Source: Verrucomicrobiales bacterium
GTDB taxonomy: Bacteria > Verrucomicrobiota > Verrucomicrobiia > Verrucomicrobiales > V1-33
Assembly (NCBI GenBank): GCA_031411295.1
Contig: JANOAV010000122.1
Span: 28,466 to 92,465 of the forward strand
DNA: 64,000 nt
Reading direction: 5' to 3'
In this document: positions 20,341-31,200 of the stretch, one piece after another
How positions within the stretch are numbered: position 1 is the first letter of the stretch
Layout of the letters: every line of letters starts with the position of its first letter
Program-made: the position numbers and the translations under genes
The notes under the pieces: generated by a model
What the model saw: only the letters and a program-made list of their open reading frames with translations
Databases searched by the model: none
Told to the model about the DNA's origin: nothing

Positions 20341-23300
20341 ATGTCTCCAGCGATGCACCCTTTACACGAAATCCGATTGCCAGCAGCGCCCTCCATATCT
20401 GGGGAAACGTTATTGGAGTGGGATCGTCTTTGGTGTCCGTTAGGCGGTAAAATTTTGATGGAGGGGTTCGGGTTTCATGATTCCAACCGAGGATTTCTTC
20501 AGGAACCTTCAGCTTACGCCAATAAAGAGTGCCGAACATTGCAGCAATGGATTAGCTGTCCTGCTGGCGCTTGGGTTCTTTGCGGTGCTCCGGGCACAGG
20601 CAAAACTGGTGCGATCCATCGCTGGTTGGAACTTGTAAAGAAAGCTGAGCCTGATACTGCCATCATTGCTTGGACGACTGGCATGTTTGGCGCGGCAGCA
20701 AATTTTGAATGCCTCTCCAGACAGCCAACCTTCATCGAAGCGCTCACTTCGCAACGAAACTTGATTCTGGTTATCGACGGGTTCGATCAATTTCGCACCG
20801 AGGGAGGGTTGCCATTTGAATCCCTGACAGCGTTCTTAACATCTATTCCTGACCGCTCGCGCCTGCGCCTTGTCATCGGTTGTAGATCTCGTGACTGGAA
20901 CTCCACTCATGGGCAAGCATTAATAACCCTTTGGGGGAAGCCCGAAAATCCAAGAGTGCTAGAAATTTGCCAATTGCGGCGTTCCGAGGTGGTTTTGGCG
21001 ACGGAGGCATTTGGCGGAATTTCATCGCAGAGTTTTCTCAATGAAGTCTTCGCCAAACGGCTTGAGGCTGCCGCTCAGTGGCCATTGCCCCTTGGCTCAC
21101 TGATGAATCAGTTCTCCAATGAGGGAGGATTAACGGCGTCTGTGCGCGAAATGTTTTCGCGGACGATTGATCAGTTGCTAGCTGACGCTCGGGCGCGACT
21201 ACCCGAAACAAACGCACTTCATCGAAGGCAACTCCGGCAATGCGCGAGCAGACTTGCCGCTTTGACTAATTTTGGTGGCTACTCCCGCATCGGGCGCAGC
21301 GAGACGTCCCTCAATTCATTAAAGCCCAGCGAATTCTGCGGTTCTTATGCGCTCGCTTCTGAGGTCACCACCGAAACGGGAGAATTTGTCCTTTCTGAGC
21401 CGATGTTGCACCAATTACTTGGGACTGCACTCTTCACAACTGTCGAACCGCCCTTAGTGCAGGAACCAGATCCGCCATTCGGCTTCACGCATCAGAACTA
21501 CGCCGAATTTCTAGCAGCCGAGTATGTGGCCCACTTGAACATTGATCAATTGCGCAGTCTGCTAGCAATTCGAGGACTTGGAGGAGAAACAGTGCCGGGC
21601 CCACTCGTGGAGACGACCAGTTGGTTGGCAGTTATGCGACCTGATTGGTTTGCATATCTCGTTTCCTCCATGCCCGAAATTCTGGTGCGGGCGGATGGAG
21701 CACAGTATTCAAATGAGCAGAAACTTCGCTTAGTGCAGGCGCTGTTAGAAAGGGCCCACAGTTGGAACGCCTCGGTATTTGAAGATTTAAAGTTACTGAC
21801 TCCTGCGTTCAATTTTAGCGGATTGGCCGAGATACTAGAACCCGTCATCGTCGATGCCTGCGCCACAAATTTCCCTCGTAGGCTGGCTATGGAAATAGCT
21901 GAACGATGCAAGTTAAGCGCATTGGAAGAAGCTTTATGGCAAGTGCTGGAGCGAGACAATGAAGACGAGAATCTTCGCTATTGGGCCACTCGTGCACTGC
22001 TGAGAATTTTAATGGAAGCTAGCCTTGGAGAAAAAAGCATTCAGCGGTTGAATCGAGCAATGCGAGGAGAGATGGGCCCAGATGCAAATGACGAACTCAA
22101 AGGCGCAGCCCTTAGGTGTCTTGTCCCGCGAGTGCTGAAACCAAGGGAGGTCGCTCAGTTTCTTACAATTTGTCAAAACGGATCTTATTACGGAAATTAC
22201 TCTGCATTCCTAAATCGGGTGCTGCCAGCAATTCTTACAGAAGATGACTTGGAGGCGTTCTTGGGGCTTGGGGCAATTACCCCATCCCTGTTTCATGTCC
22301 AGTTTACGTCCAACATTTTGGCAACTGCTGTGCTAAAACTTTTCAGCAAAGTCACCTCGCCAACCCAGGGGATGAAACAGGGGTTCATAGGATGGGTTCA
22401 GCGCTGTGTGAAAAATCATACGATGCTCCCTTTGTCCGAGAGACATTCATTCGATTCAGAACTAGCAGAATCGTTGTCGGATGACATCCCGATAACAAAA
22501 CGATTCGAGTGGTTGACGATGTTCGTGAAAGAAAAAATGCCGTCCAAGGATTCAGACTGGGCGGTCATCCATGCCCTGGGATTCCCTCATCCACCGTTGG
22601 ATCTAACCCTAAATGCATTAAACGAAGCAGAGCCTGCGTTGCGTCCATTTTGGGCTGAGATCGTTCGGTTCTCGCTGGGTCCGGACCAGAGGATTGCCCA
22701 TCTTGATGCGCTGCTTGCGGCTTATGAGCGCCATGAAGAACTACGAACCGCATTGCTGCCATGTAAGAAGGGCAAGAACATCCACCAAACATACAACGAA
22801 ATAGCACACAAGGCAGCCAAGGAGAACGAACGCCATCTACGACAACGAAAGAAGTCGGAGAAGGAACTACTTTCACGGCGGCAATTGCTAGACGTGTATA
22901 TTGGCCAATGGAAGACCGACGGAACAGAACTTTCGTGGATAAATTTGTGGCAGATATGTGGTTTAGACGAAGCCGGGGTTTCGTTCGACTGGAGTGGCGA
23001 AATGTTGACGGACTGGAAAGGGTGGAAATCTTTAACCGTAGATGAGCAATCCCATGTGAGAGGCTGCGCCAAAGCGTTCCTGATGCTTCGGGACGACCCT
23101 CATCGCAACGCCTCAGAATGGAAGGCGACAAAATGGACTGATGCAGCTAGGTATGCCGTTGGGTTACTTTCCGATGAACTTGGAGTGGATCATCAGTTGG
23201 CGCAGACTGTTGGGCAGAAGTGGGTGATCGCATGGTCCCACCATCATTGTGACAACACCGGGGCGAACCGAAAAATCGCCAGCGTTTTTTATAAGCTACA

Positions 23301-24717
23301 CCCAGAGACGGTTATTAGACTCATGCGCTCCAATTTCCAAAAGGAGAACGAGGCGAACAACCATTGTCAGAGTGTTCGTCTGCTAGCGGATTGCTGGGGT
23401 AACGCGTTAAGCGCTGAGCTCACAGACTGGCTGAGTGCAGACAACATTCAACCAACCACATTTCGCACAGGAGTTCAGTTTCTCTCATCAAAAGCCCCGG
23501 ACAGCGCCATAAGCCTTTTATCTGGGCGCTTAGACCGGATGGCTTCCGAGGGTAAGGAAACCGAAGACCCGCTGCGTGAGGTAATAATCCTCTGCTCACT
23601 TCTTTTTTCGAATGGAGAGCTCTTTGAACAAGCGATTACGCTCTTGAGTGACGCCACCAATGCTAGACGCATTCTTTGCTTAGCTCATGGAGACGTGGGA
23701 GATGGCGCGCATGGCTTGCCTTCAACGCTGACGGCATTAACGAATGAGCAATTGGGTCGTCTCACGGTGTTAGTTGCCCATGCCTTTCCTGAAGATGAGC
23801 GTGCCCACAATGCCGCAGGAGATGAAATCGATGAGCCGGGGGAACAGGAGATTGACGATGAGGAGGCAGCAGGCCTTGCGTTGGAGAAGAAGTCCGGTCA
23901 GACCGGGAGAACCACAACATCCAGCATGCTCATGCATCGCATCTCCACTAGCATCATTGCGCACTTTGCCTCTGTCGCTACCTCTAAAGAAATCGATGCA
24001 TTGCGTCCACAGATGCCAGCAGGCAGACGGACGGAGTTGGCATTCAGGCGCAGCAGTGCTCAGCGTCAAGCAGCGCAAATCGCTTGGGAACCGCTTACAC
24101 CTGTGCAGTTATTGAAGCTGGTTCAGATGCCGCACGCGTGCTTCGTGCGGACCAATGATGATTTGCTAGAATTCATTTTGCTGCGCCTTCAAGCATTTGC
24201 AGACCAACCTTGGGACATCTCTGTGCAACCTCTGTGGAATGAAGATGACGGCAAGCCGACAACAGCAAAAAATGAAGAAGCTCTATCGAATACACTCAAG
24301 CGGTGGCTGGACAAAGATTGGCAACTCGTGGTGAACCGTGAAGTCCAACCTATCGAGACCATGCCGAATCGATTAGACCTGAAAATCGACATTCCCGGCC
24401 AGCCTGCATTATGCGTCATTATTGAGGTAAAAAAGGCTGGAAACGCCGAGGTCTTAACCTCCCTGCAAACGCAGTTGATTGACCGATATCTTATCGCAGG
24501 GCGTCAAACTCATGGCGTCTATCTGGTGGCCTACTTTGGTGACAAGGGCAGCCCATTCCGGGGAAAATCAATTGAAGAGGTAAGGCAGGAACTCCAGCAT
24601 ATTCGTGATAGCGCCACCCTGCCACCTGACGTTCGGGTCAGCACCCTCTTGATGGATTTTAGACACCTTAAGGTTGTTCAGAGAGCACTTAGGAAGCCAA
24701 AGCGAAAGCAGCGGTAG
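20341..24717 (+). CDS. NACHT/STAND-type NTPase with long helical region and C-terminal PD-(D/E)xK nuclease-like domain (putative antiphage protein)
   Basis: Walker A GAPGTGKT, Walker B LILVIDGFDQ, RLVIGCR, FTHQNYAEFLAA; C-terminal NREVQ...RLDLKI...IIEVKK...QLIDRYL. Confidence 0.8.
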   Translation: MSPAMHPLHEIRLPAAPSISGETLLEWDRLWCPLGGKILMEGFGFHDSNRGFLQEPSAYANKECRTLQQWISCPAGAWVLCGAPGTGKTGAIHRWLELVKKAEPDTAIIAWTTGMFGAAANFECLSRQPTFIEALTSQRNLILVIDGFDQFRTEGGLPFESLTAFLTSIPDRSRLRLVIGCRSRDWNSTHGQALITLWGKPENPRVLEICQLRRSEVVLATEAFGGISSQSFLNEVFAKRLEAAAQWPLPLGSLMNQFSNEGGLTASVREMFSRTIDQLLADARARLPETNALHRRQLRQCASRLAALTNFGGYSRIGRSETSLNSLKPSEFCGSYALASEVTTETGEFVLSEPMLHQLLGTALFTTVEPPLVQEPDPPFGFTHQNYAEFLAAEYVAHLNIDQLRSLLAIRGLGGETVPGPLVETTSWLAVMRPDWFAYLVSSMPEILVRADGAQYSNEQKLRLVQALLERAHSWNASVFEDLKLLTPAFNFSGLAEILEPVIVDACATNFPRRLAMEIAERCKLSALEEALWQVLERDNEDENLRYWATRALLRILMEASLGEKSIQRLNRAMRGEMGPDANDELKGAALRCLVPRVLKPREVAQFLTICQNGSYYGNYSAFLNRVLPAILTEDDLEAFLGLGAITPSLFHVQFTSNILATAVLKLFSKVTSPTQGMKQGFIGWVQRCVKNHTMLPLSERHSFDSELAESLSDDIPITKRFEWLTMFVKEKMPSKDSDWAVIHALGFPHPPLDLTLNALNEAEPALRPFWAEIVRFSLGPDQRIAHLDALLAAYERHEELRTALLPCKKGKNIHQTYNEIAHKAAKENERHLRQRKKSEKELLSRRQLLDVYIGQWKTDGTELSWINLWQICGLDEAGVSFDWSGEMLTDWKGWKSLTVDEQSHVRGCAKAFLMLRDDPHRNASEWKATKWTDAARYAVGLLSDELGVDHQLAQTVGQKWVIAWSHHHCDNTGANRKIASVFYKLHPETVIRLMRSNFQKENEANNHCQSVRLLADCWGNALSAELTDWLSADNIQPTTFRTGVQFLSSKAPDSAISLLSGRLDRMASEGKETEDPLREVIILCSLLFSNGELFEQAITLLSDATNARRILCLAHGDVGDGAHGLPSTLTALTNEQLGRLTVLVAHAFPEDERAHNAAGDEIDEPGEQEIDDEEAAGLALEKKSGQTGRTTTSSMLMHRISTSIIAHFASVATSKEIDALRPQMPAGRRTELAFRRSSAQRQAAQIAWEPLTPVQLLKLVQMPHACFVRTNDDLLEFILLRLQAFADQPWDISVQPLWNEDDGKPTTAKNEEALSNTLKRWLDKDWQLVVNREVQPIETMPNRLDLKIDIPGQPALCVIIEVKKAGNAEVLTSLQTQLIDRYLIAGRQTHGVYLVAYFGDKGSPFRGKSIEEVRQELQHIRDSATLPPDVRVSTLLMDFRHLKVVQRALRKPKRKQR

Positions 24718-24725
24718 GCCAGCTC

Positions 24726-25205
24726 ATGCAGCTGCCGTCACTAAGGACGCAGCCACCACATGCCCGCAGCTCCAGAACCCTTCCTCCACAAGAAGGAAAC
24801 TACCATGATCTGCTGGCCTACCGGAAGGCAGAGTTGGTCTATGACCTCACCTACCGCTTCACCCAGAAGCACCTTCAGAAAGGCGACCGCACCGTTGACC
24901 AAATGATCCAAGCCGCCCGTTCGGGAAAGCAAAACATCGCAGAAGGCTCCAAGGCTGGCGTCAGCTCCGCTGAAATGGAGTTGAAGCTGATGAACGTTGC
25001 CAGAGCCAGCCTTGAGGAACTGCTCATCGATTTCAAAGACTACATCCGCGTGCGAGATCACCAGCTCTGGGTTAAGAATTCCAAGGAAGCGCTGTTTGTC
25101 AGGAAACTCGGCTCCAACAAAGACCTGACATTCGAACACGTCCGTGAAGTTTTCGAAACTCGTCCACCAGAAGTCATCGCGAACTTGAGGGTGTGCTTCA
25201 GATAG
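24726..25205 (+). pseudogene. Four-helix-bundle protein (S23-IVP/Avd-like, suffix-domain type), apparently 3'-truncated
   Basis: YHDLLAYRKA, DRTVDQMIQAARSGKQNIAEGS, NVARASLEELLIDFKDY; ends abruptly after PEVIAN. Confidence 0.7.
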
Positions 25206-25216
25206 GCCCGATTACG

Positions 25217-28200
25217 TTACTTGAAGATTGGGGCAAAAGTCGTATCCACGGAACCATCTGGATTGAGGCGGACGATGCTGGTGCGGGTTTGCCCGCCGAA
25301 GGTGCTGAAAGTGCCACCACCCAAGACTTGCCCGTTGCCGACTGGCAGGATGGCCTTCACCTCGGTGCCAGAGTTGTTTCCCGTGCCGGTTTGGTAGGAG
25401 GGATCGACGGCACCCGTGGTCGTGCTGAGGCGGGCGATACCCCGATGCGCGGTGGCTGAAGCACCAAAATCACCCCCAATATAGAAGAGGTTGCTGACAT
25501 CGTCTGGACGCGATAGATCCGGCCCAGCGAGATCCCGGAAGGCCAGCGCCCCAGTGGAAACGTTGGTGCTGACACTACCAGTTAGGCTGATTTTGTGAAT
25601 TTGAGTGGTCAGGGTTGGTCCGACGGCGGGATTGAACACTCCGTAGAATTGGGTGCCTGCTGCGTTGATGGACAACGCATCCGGGGTTCCTTGCGTGAAG
25701 GTGCTGACTACCGTTGCTGGAGCCAAGGTTTGGACGTTGAAGGAATACAATTTACTGCCGGCTGTAAAGTAAGCCACGTAGGCATTGCCACAAGTGAGAT
25801 CACCCACGTTGACCAAACTCACGTTGCCATTGAGATCGGCAATTTGCACCTGATTCACGATGGCGGTGCTGCTGACATCGATGCGCACGAGATCATCGGT
25901 GCCAGTGGCAATATAGTAAAGCCCGCCGCGCATGAAGGCCAAATTGCCAGGCTTGCTGGTCGGGCTGTAAGTGAAGCTGCCCTGTAGGGAACCCAGGGCA
26001 AGGTGGCTGCCACTGTCCAGGCTATAGCGACCCAGTTTGAAGTTGCTGGCCGTTTCCTCGACGTAATAAAGGTAGCCGTTGGCCTGATCCCAAGCGATGG
26101 CGGACAGTCCGGCAAAGGCGGCTGCTGCGGTGGTCAGGGTGCTGCTCGTGCCAGTTTCGGGATTCACTTGGTAAATGTTCCGGTCCGTTCCGCCGGCCAC
26201 GGCGTAGTAGGCGCCAGCATAGGATGCCGCATTCAAATGAAGGTCGGAGGTATCCAGCAACGCGAGGCCCGGGGTCGTCGCGGTGCTGGTGCCGCTGATG
26301 GCTCCGGTCGTGGGGTTCAAGGTCCGAATAATGGTTCGCGCAGCATCACGCGCCACGTAGAGCGGACGACCACTGCCAGCATCAGGTCCGAAGACGATGG
26401 ACTCGCAATAATCAGCAGTGCCTGCGGTGGAGGCAATCTGGGTGTAGGTGCTCATGGTCGTGAGATTGAATTTCGCCATGATGCTATTGCCTCCAGCGAT
26501 CGCGCTGAAATACATCATGCCCGAGTCGTCCACCGCCAGATCCCCCACGGAAGCAAAGGCCACGGTGTTGGCGGTGAGATCCCGCACCTTGGTTTGTTCA
26601 GTGCCGATCGTCGGACTAGTGGTGATGCGGATCAGATCGTCCGTGCCCGGCTCAATGAAGTAGAGATAGCCGCCCCACCAGGATAAGTTGGTGGGTTTGA
26701 CGGTCGAGTTATAATTGTTGCCCGTGGTTAGGTTGTAAACGGCAGTATGGACATTGGTGGCAATCTGCCAGCTCCCTAACGAGTAGCCCGTGGCGGTGTC
26801 CTGGAGATAGAACACGGTGTTCTGCACCGGATCATAGGCCAGCGAGGAGACGTTGAAGGCGGCGGCGTTGTCCACCACTTTGACGGTGGCTCCCGTAGTT
26901 AGGTTCAAGGTGTAAATGTCTTTGTTTCCACCCGTAACAGCATAGACCAGCCCTGCTGGCGGAGTGGGCACGGGGTTGAAATTGCGGGCGGGGAATTTGA
27001 AACCCGGGAGGTCGGTAAAGATGGGCGTGCCCCAGGGTGGAGCGGAGTTATAGCTCCATAGGGTGGTATCCGCACCAGAGGCGACGACCCGTTGCAGGGT
27101 TTTGCTGGTTCCGTTAACGGAGACGAAATCATTGTTCGTCGGACTGATGGCCAGATCCTTGCCCGTCACGGAGGCTTCCGTGCTGTGCAAGCTGGTGACG
27201 ACGGCTGTGGTTGGATTAATCACCAACATTTCCCCATCCTTGGAGTCGAAGGCGTAGAGGGTGCCATTCGGATGGAACTCGAGGGCGTCAACATTGGTCC
27301 CCACATTCGTGCCGTTGGTGATATCTCCGACCGCCGACCATGCCGTTAGGTTGTTGGCTCCGTCCACAGACAGTCCGGTGATTTTGAAGAGTTTGTCCAC
27401 CGCTGTATCGGTCCCGCGCTGATAAACCGCATAGAGTGAACCGTCCGCGCCCACGGCCAATCCACTGACCGCTTCAACATTAGTGGACGTGGTGATGGCG
27501 GCTCCGTTCATGCTGCTAAGCGCTTGATCCAAATCACCCACGAAGGTTGCGGTCACACTACCGGCGGTCACCGTGTTCAAATCAACCCGGAAGAGGGGGC
27601 GGCCATAGAGGACACCGTTGACGTTGGTGTCTTTGTTGCGCACAAAGTAAGCGTAGTTATCGGTTGTGACCGCAAAGGATTCGATGTCGCTATCTGCTGC
27701 CAGTGCAGTGGCGGCACCGCCACTGCCGGGGTAACGAATATCACCGTAGTTGGTCAGGGTAGGCGCGCCGTCGTAGCCGTTGATCTTGAGCAACTGCGCG
27801 TTGGTATTTTCTCCGATGGCCCAGGCGGGTGGAGCGGGAACAGAGGCGTTGGAGGCGGACGCGAAGTCCGTGAAGGTCAGCTGGGGCTGCGCATTGGCAG
27901 TCACGGAAGCGACTCCGGAACTAAGATTCAACGAATCGATCACGAAGGCGTTGCCACCGGTGCCGTAAAGCTTTCCCGTCAGGAAGCCTAACGATGGATA
28001 GGCGCTGGTCGTGGTGCCGATGGTGGCGAAACCAGTGGCATCGCGCAGGTTGTATTTGTAGAAGGTGTTGACGCCGGCGTTGGTGCTGACCCAGTAGAGC
28101 ACGCCTGAATCATCCAGCGCCAAGTCACCGACAGTATTGAAGGTGGTGCCCAGGCTGATGGTGGATTGACCAGTGATGATGGTAGCCCCGGCATCGAGTT

Positions 28201-31200
28201 GACTCTTCACGATGTTGCTCGTGCCAGGTTGGATGTAGTAGAGGGCACTGTTGTAATAAACCAAGTTCCCAGGATACGCGGTGGCGGTAGTTGCGATGGT
28301 TTTGATATTTCCCAACGTGGCTGAGTGCGTGCTGGTGCCGACGGTATATTTACCAACGTTCCAGGTCGCATTCGCTCCATCTTCCAGATAGAAAATATTT
28401 CCACTCACACCGTCATAGGCAATAGCGCCGAGATTGTAGGGTGCCGAACTGTTCAGCAGGGCACTAATGCCAGTGGTAGGCTCGAGTCGATAGAGATTCT
28501 TATTTCCCCCAGTGATGGCAAAGAAATTAGCCGAAGGAGCTGGCAGCGCTGGCTGATTGGGCGTGGAGGTGGCCAAGTCAAGAATTTGGTTGGCTGGATT
28601 GACATTGCCGACCAAAGTGCGAGCCCCTGTAGTAACGTTCAAGGTGTAAAGCTTCTGACTCACTACGGGATCGAATGGAATCCCGTTGAGTTTACTGCTG
28701 TCATAAGTTAGCGCGTAGTAGCGTGGATTCATGGCACTGCTATCGATGATGGTATAACCACCGAACGTGCGCATATCGAAGCGAGCCAACACGTTGGCAT
28801 CTTCATAGGAAATGTAGGCTTGGCCGAGGTCGTCAATCGTGAAGGCCCCAACCGTCGAACCAACGGTGGCGTTGCCGGCCACGTCCGCCACGCGAACTTG
28901 ATCCGCGATGACATAGGGACTGGTGAAAGTGATCTTGAAGAGATCGTCGGTGCCTGTGGCAATGTAATAAAGGGCTCCATTGAAGTGAGTTAGGTTATGG
29001 GCCCGCGTGCCCGTTGGTCGATGGGTGCCGATGAGTTTTAGATCCGTCTGGAAGAGCGCATCGCGCACGGCGCTGTGGGTATCGGTGCGGAGATCGTAAG
29101 CGTAGAGGCGCTGTGGATTGTCCGTGGTTACGGTGTAGTAAACCAGCGCGTTGGTCTGGTCGAAGGCGACCGCCTCCACATCACCCTTGGCTTGCCAAGT
29201 TAGGAAATAGGCGCGGGCAGTCGAGAGATCCGTCCGCAGAATGGCCGGGGTATTGGTGATGCTGGTAAAGGCATAGCCACTGCCCGGCAAGTAAGGGCCG
29301 GAGGTTGAGGATATGTCGGTAAAGGCAATTTTCGGCAACACTGGGGCGACAAAGGTCGGAGCACCAGTGGTGATGTCGAGGGAGAACGTTTTGTAAGGAT
29401 CATCACCGCGCACCCCATAGAGGGAGCCCGAGGAATTGAACACAAGGCTGGACCAAGGGATGTTGGGATTGTTCGAGATCAGAGTATAACCACCCATGAT
29501 CGTGAGATCGTAGCGGGCCAGCTTGGCCGTCGAGGCGAAATAGAGCATGCCATTGCTGTCGATCGTGGCTGCAGTGACGGCTCCCTGCGAGGCGTCGTTA
29601 TTGAGATCGGCCACTTTGTGAAGGCTGTCGATCCCGATGGGGGTGAGGTCAATTTTGATCAAATCATCGGTATTGGGCGCGATGGTGTAGAGACCACCGT
29701 TGGCGATAAAGAGATTTTCCGGCTGCGCAGTGATCGGCGTGTGATTGGTGCCGCCGGGTGCGGTGAGATTGAAATTGTAAATCGTGTGAACATTGCCCGT
29801 GAGATCATAGCGGCCGACGCGCCAGTTGCTGGCGGCGGCTTCCACATAGTAAAGTTTGTTGGTTGCGCTATCGAAGCCCAGAGACTGAACATTGAACGGA
29901 GCGCTCGTGATGGCCATGTTAGAGCCCGTGGCGGGATCAATCCGGTAAATGGTGGAGGTGCCATCGGCTGCGAAATAGCCAGTAACCGCAGGCGGTGGCG
30001 TGACCGCTAACCCAACAAAGCTAAGGGCGGATGGGGTGCTGAGGCCCCAGAGGTTGAAGTAATTGAAGTAAGCAGTGTCATTCGCGTTGCCAGTGACGAC
30101 TTTGGTGATCGTGGAGTTATTCAACGCAGTGACGAGGTCGGTGTCGGAGAGATGGACGGCCAGCGGACCCGCGGAAGCTTCGGTGCTGTGCATGGCCACG
30201 GTGAGGGATCCGGTGGTGGCATTGACTTTATAAACGCCGAGGTCATCCGTATCACTGACATAAGCCTGCCCCGTGCTGTCGATGGCCAGACCGCGGGCAT
30301 TCCCGGCGTTCGTGGCACCATTTTGCAAGGTTCCGACCAAGCCCACCGCGAGGTTGCCTGCGCTCGAAGGAGTCAGACTGATGATTCGGCATAAGGCATC
30401 GGCGGTGGCGCCATTGCCAATCCGCACCACCAAGCGCAGGCTCCCGTCCGCGCCTGGGGCCAGGCCGGAGACCACTTCATTGGAGGTGAGCGGAGTCACT
30501 CCGATGGCCGTGCGCAGGCCGGGACCGAGGTCGCCCACCAAGGATGCCACCACGGGACCAGAACTTGGCAGGCTGTTCAGGTTGAGGGTAAACAACGGCC
30601 GTTCGTAAGTCACCCCGGCAATGACCGTGGCCGCACTATTTACGAAGTAGAGTCGGTTGGAAGCATCCACCGTCATGGCGCCAAGAACTGACGCAGCATT
30701 GGTGAAGAGCGTGGTGGCAGCACCATCCCGATAAGCCAGGGCTCCGAAGTCGGTGCTAGCAACGTTGCCGCCATTATTTTTATAGTTACGGAAACGCAGC
30801 AGATGTGGATCTGGGGCTGCGGAGTATCCGGCAATGGCCCAGAGATCGTCGCTGGCAGCGGGAGGAGTGTTAGCCGAGGGGCCAGCGAAGTCGGTGAAGG
30901 CCAGCGCAGGGGAGGAGTTCACAGAGGAGATGAGGGAGGCGTTGCCTTGGCTCAACTGGTCAACTTGGAGGGAGCCAGCGGCATAAAGATTACTTTGATA
31001 AAGGCCTAAAGCCGGCTCGGCTCGGGGCAGGGTGCCCACGACGCCAAAGCCAGTGCTCCCAACGATGTCGTAACGATAAAGCGATGGGGTTCCTACCGCA
31101 GGGGTGTTCGTGAAGAGCAACATCCCAGCATCCGTGGCGGAAATATCGCCAGGGTCCGCAAAGGTGACTGCTCCACCAGTTAGGCTGGCGACCTGGGAAA

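Noticed and set aside
10233..24800. Treating the three apparent frameshifts as a coordinated phase-variation system
   Set aside because: They differ in type (7-bp duplication, G7 tract, single missing base) and could be sequencing or assembly indels; this cannot be resolved without reads
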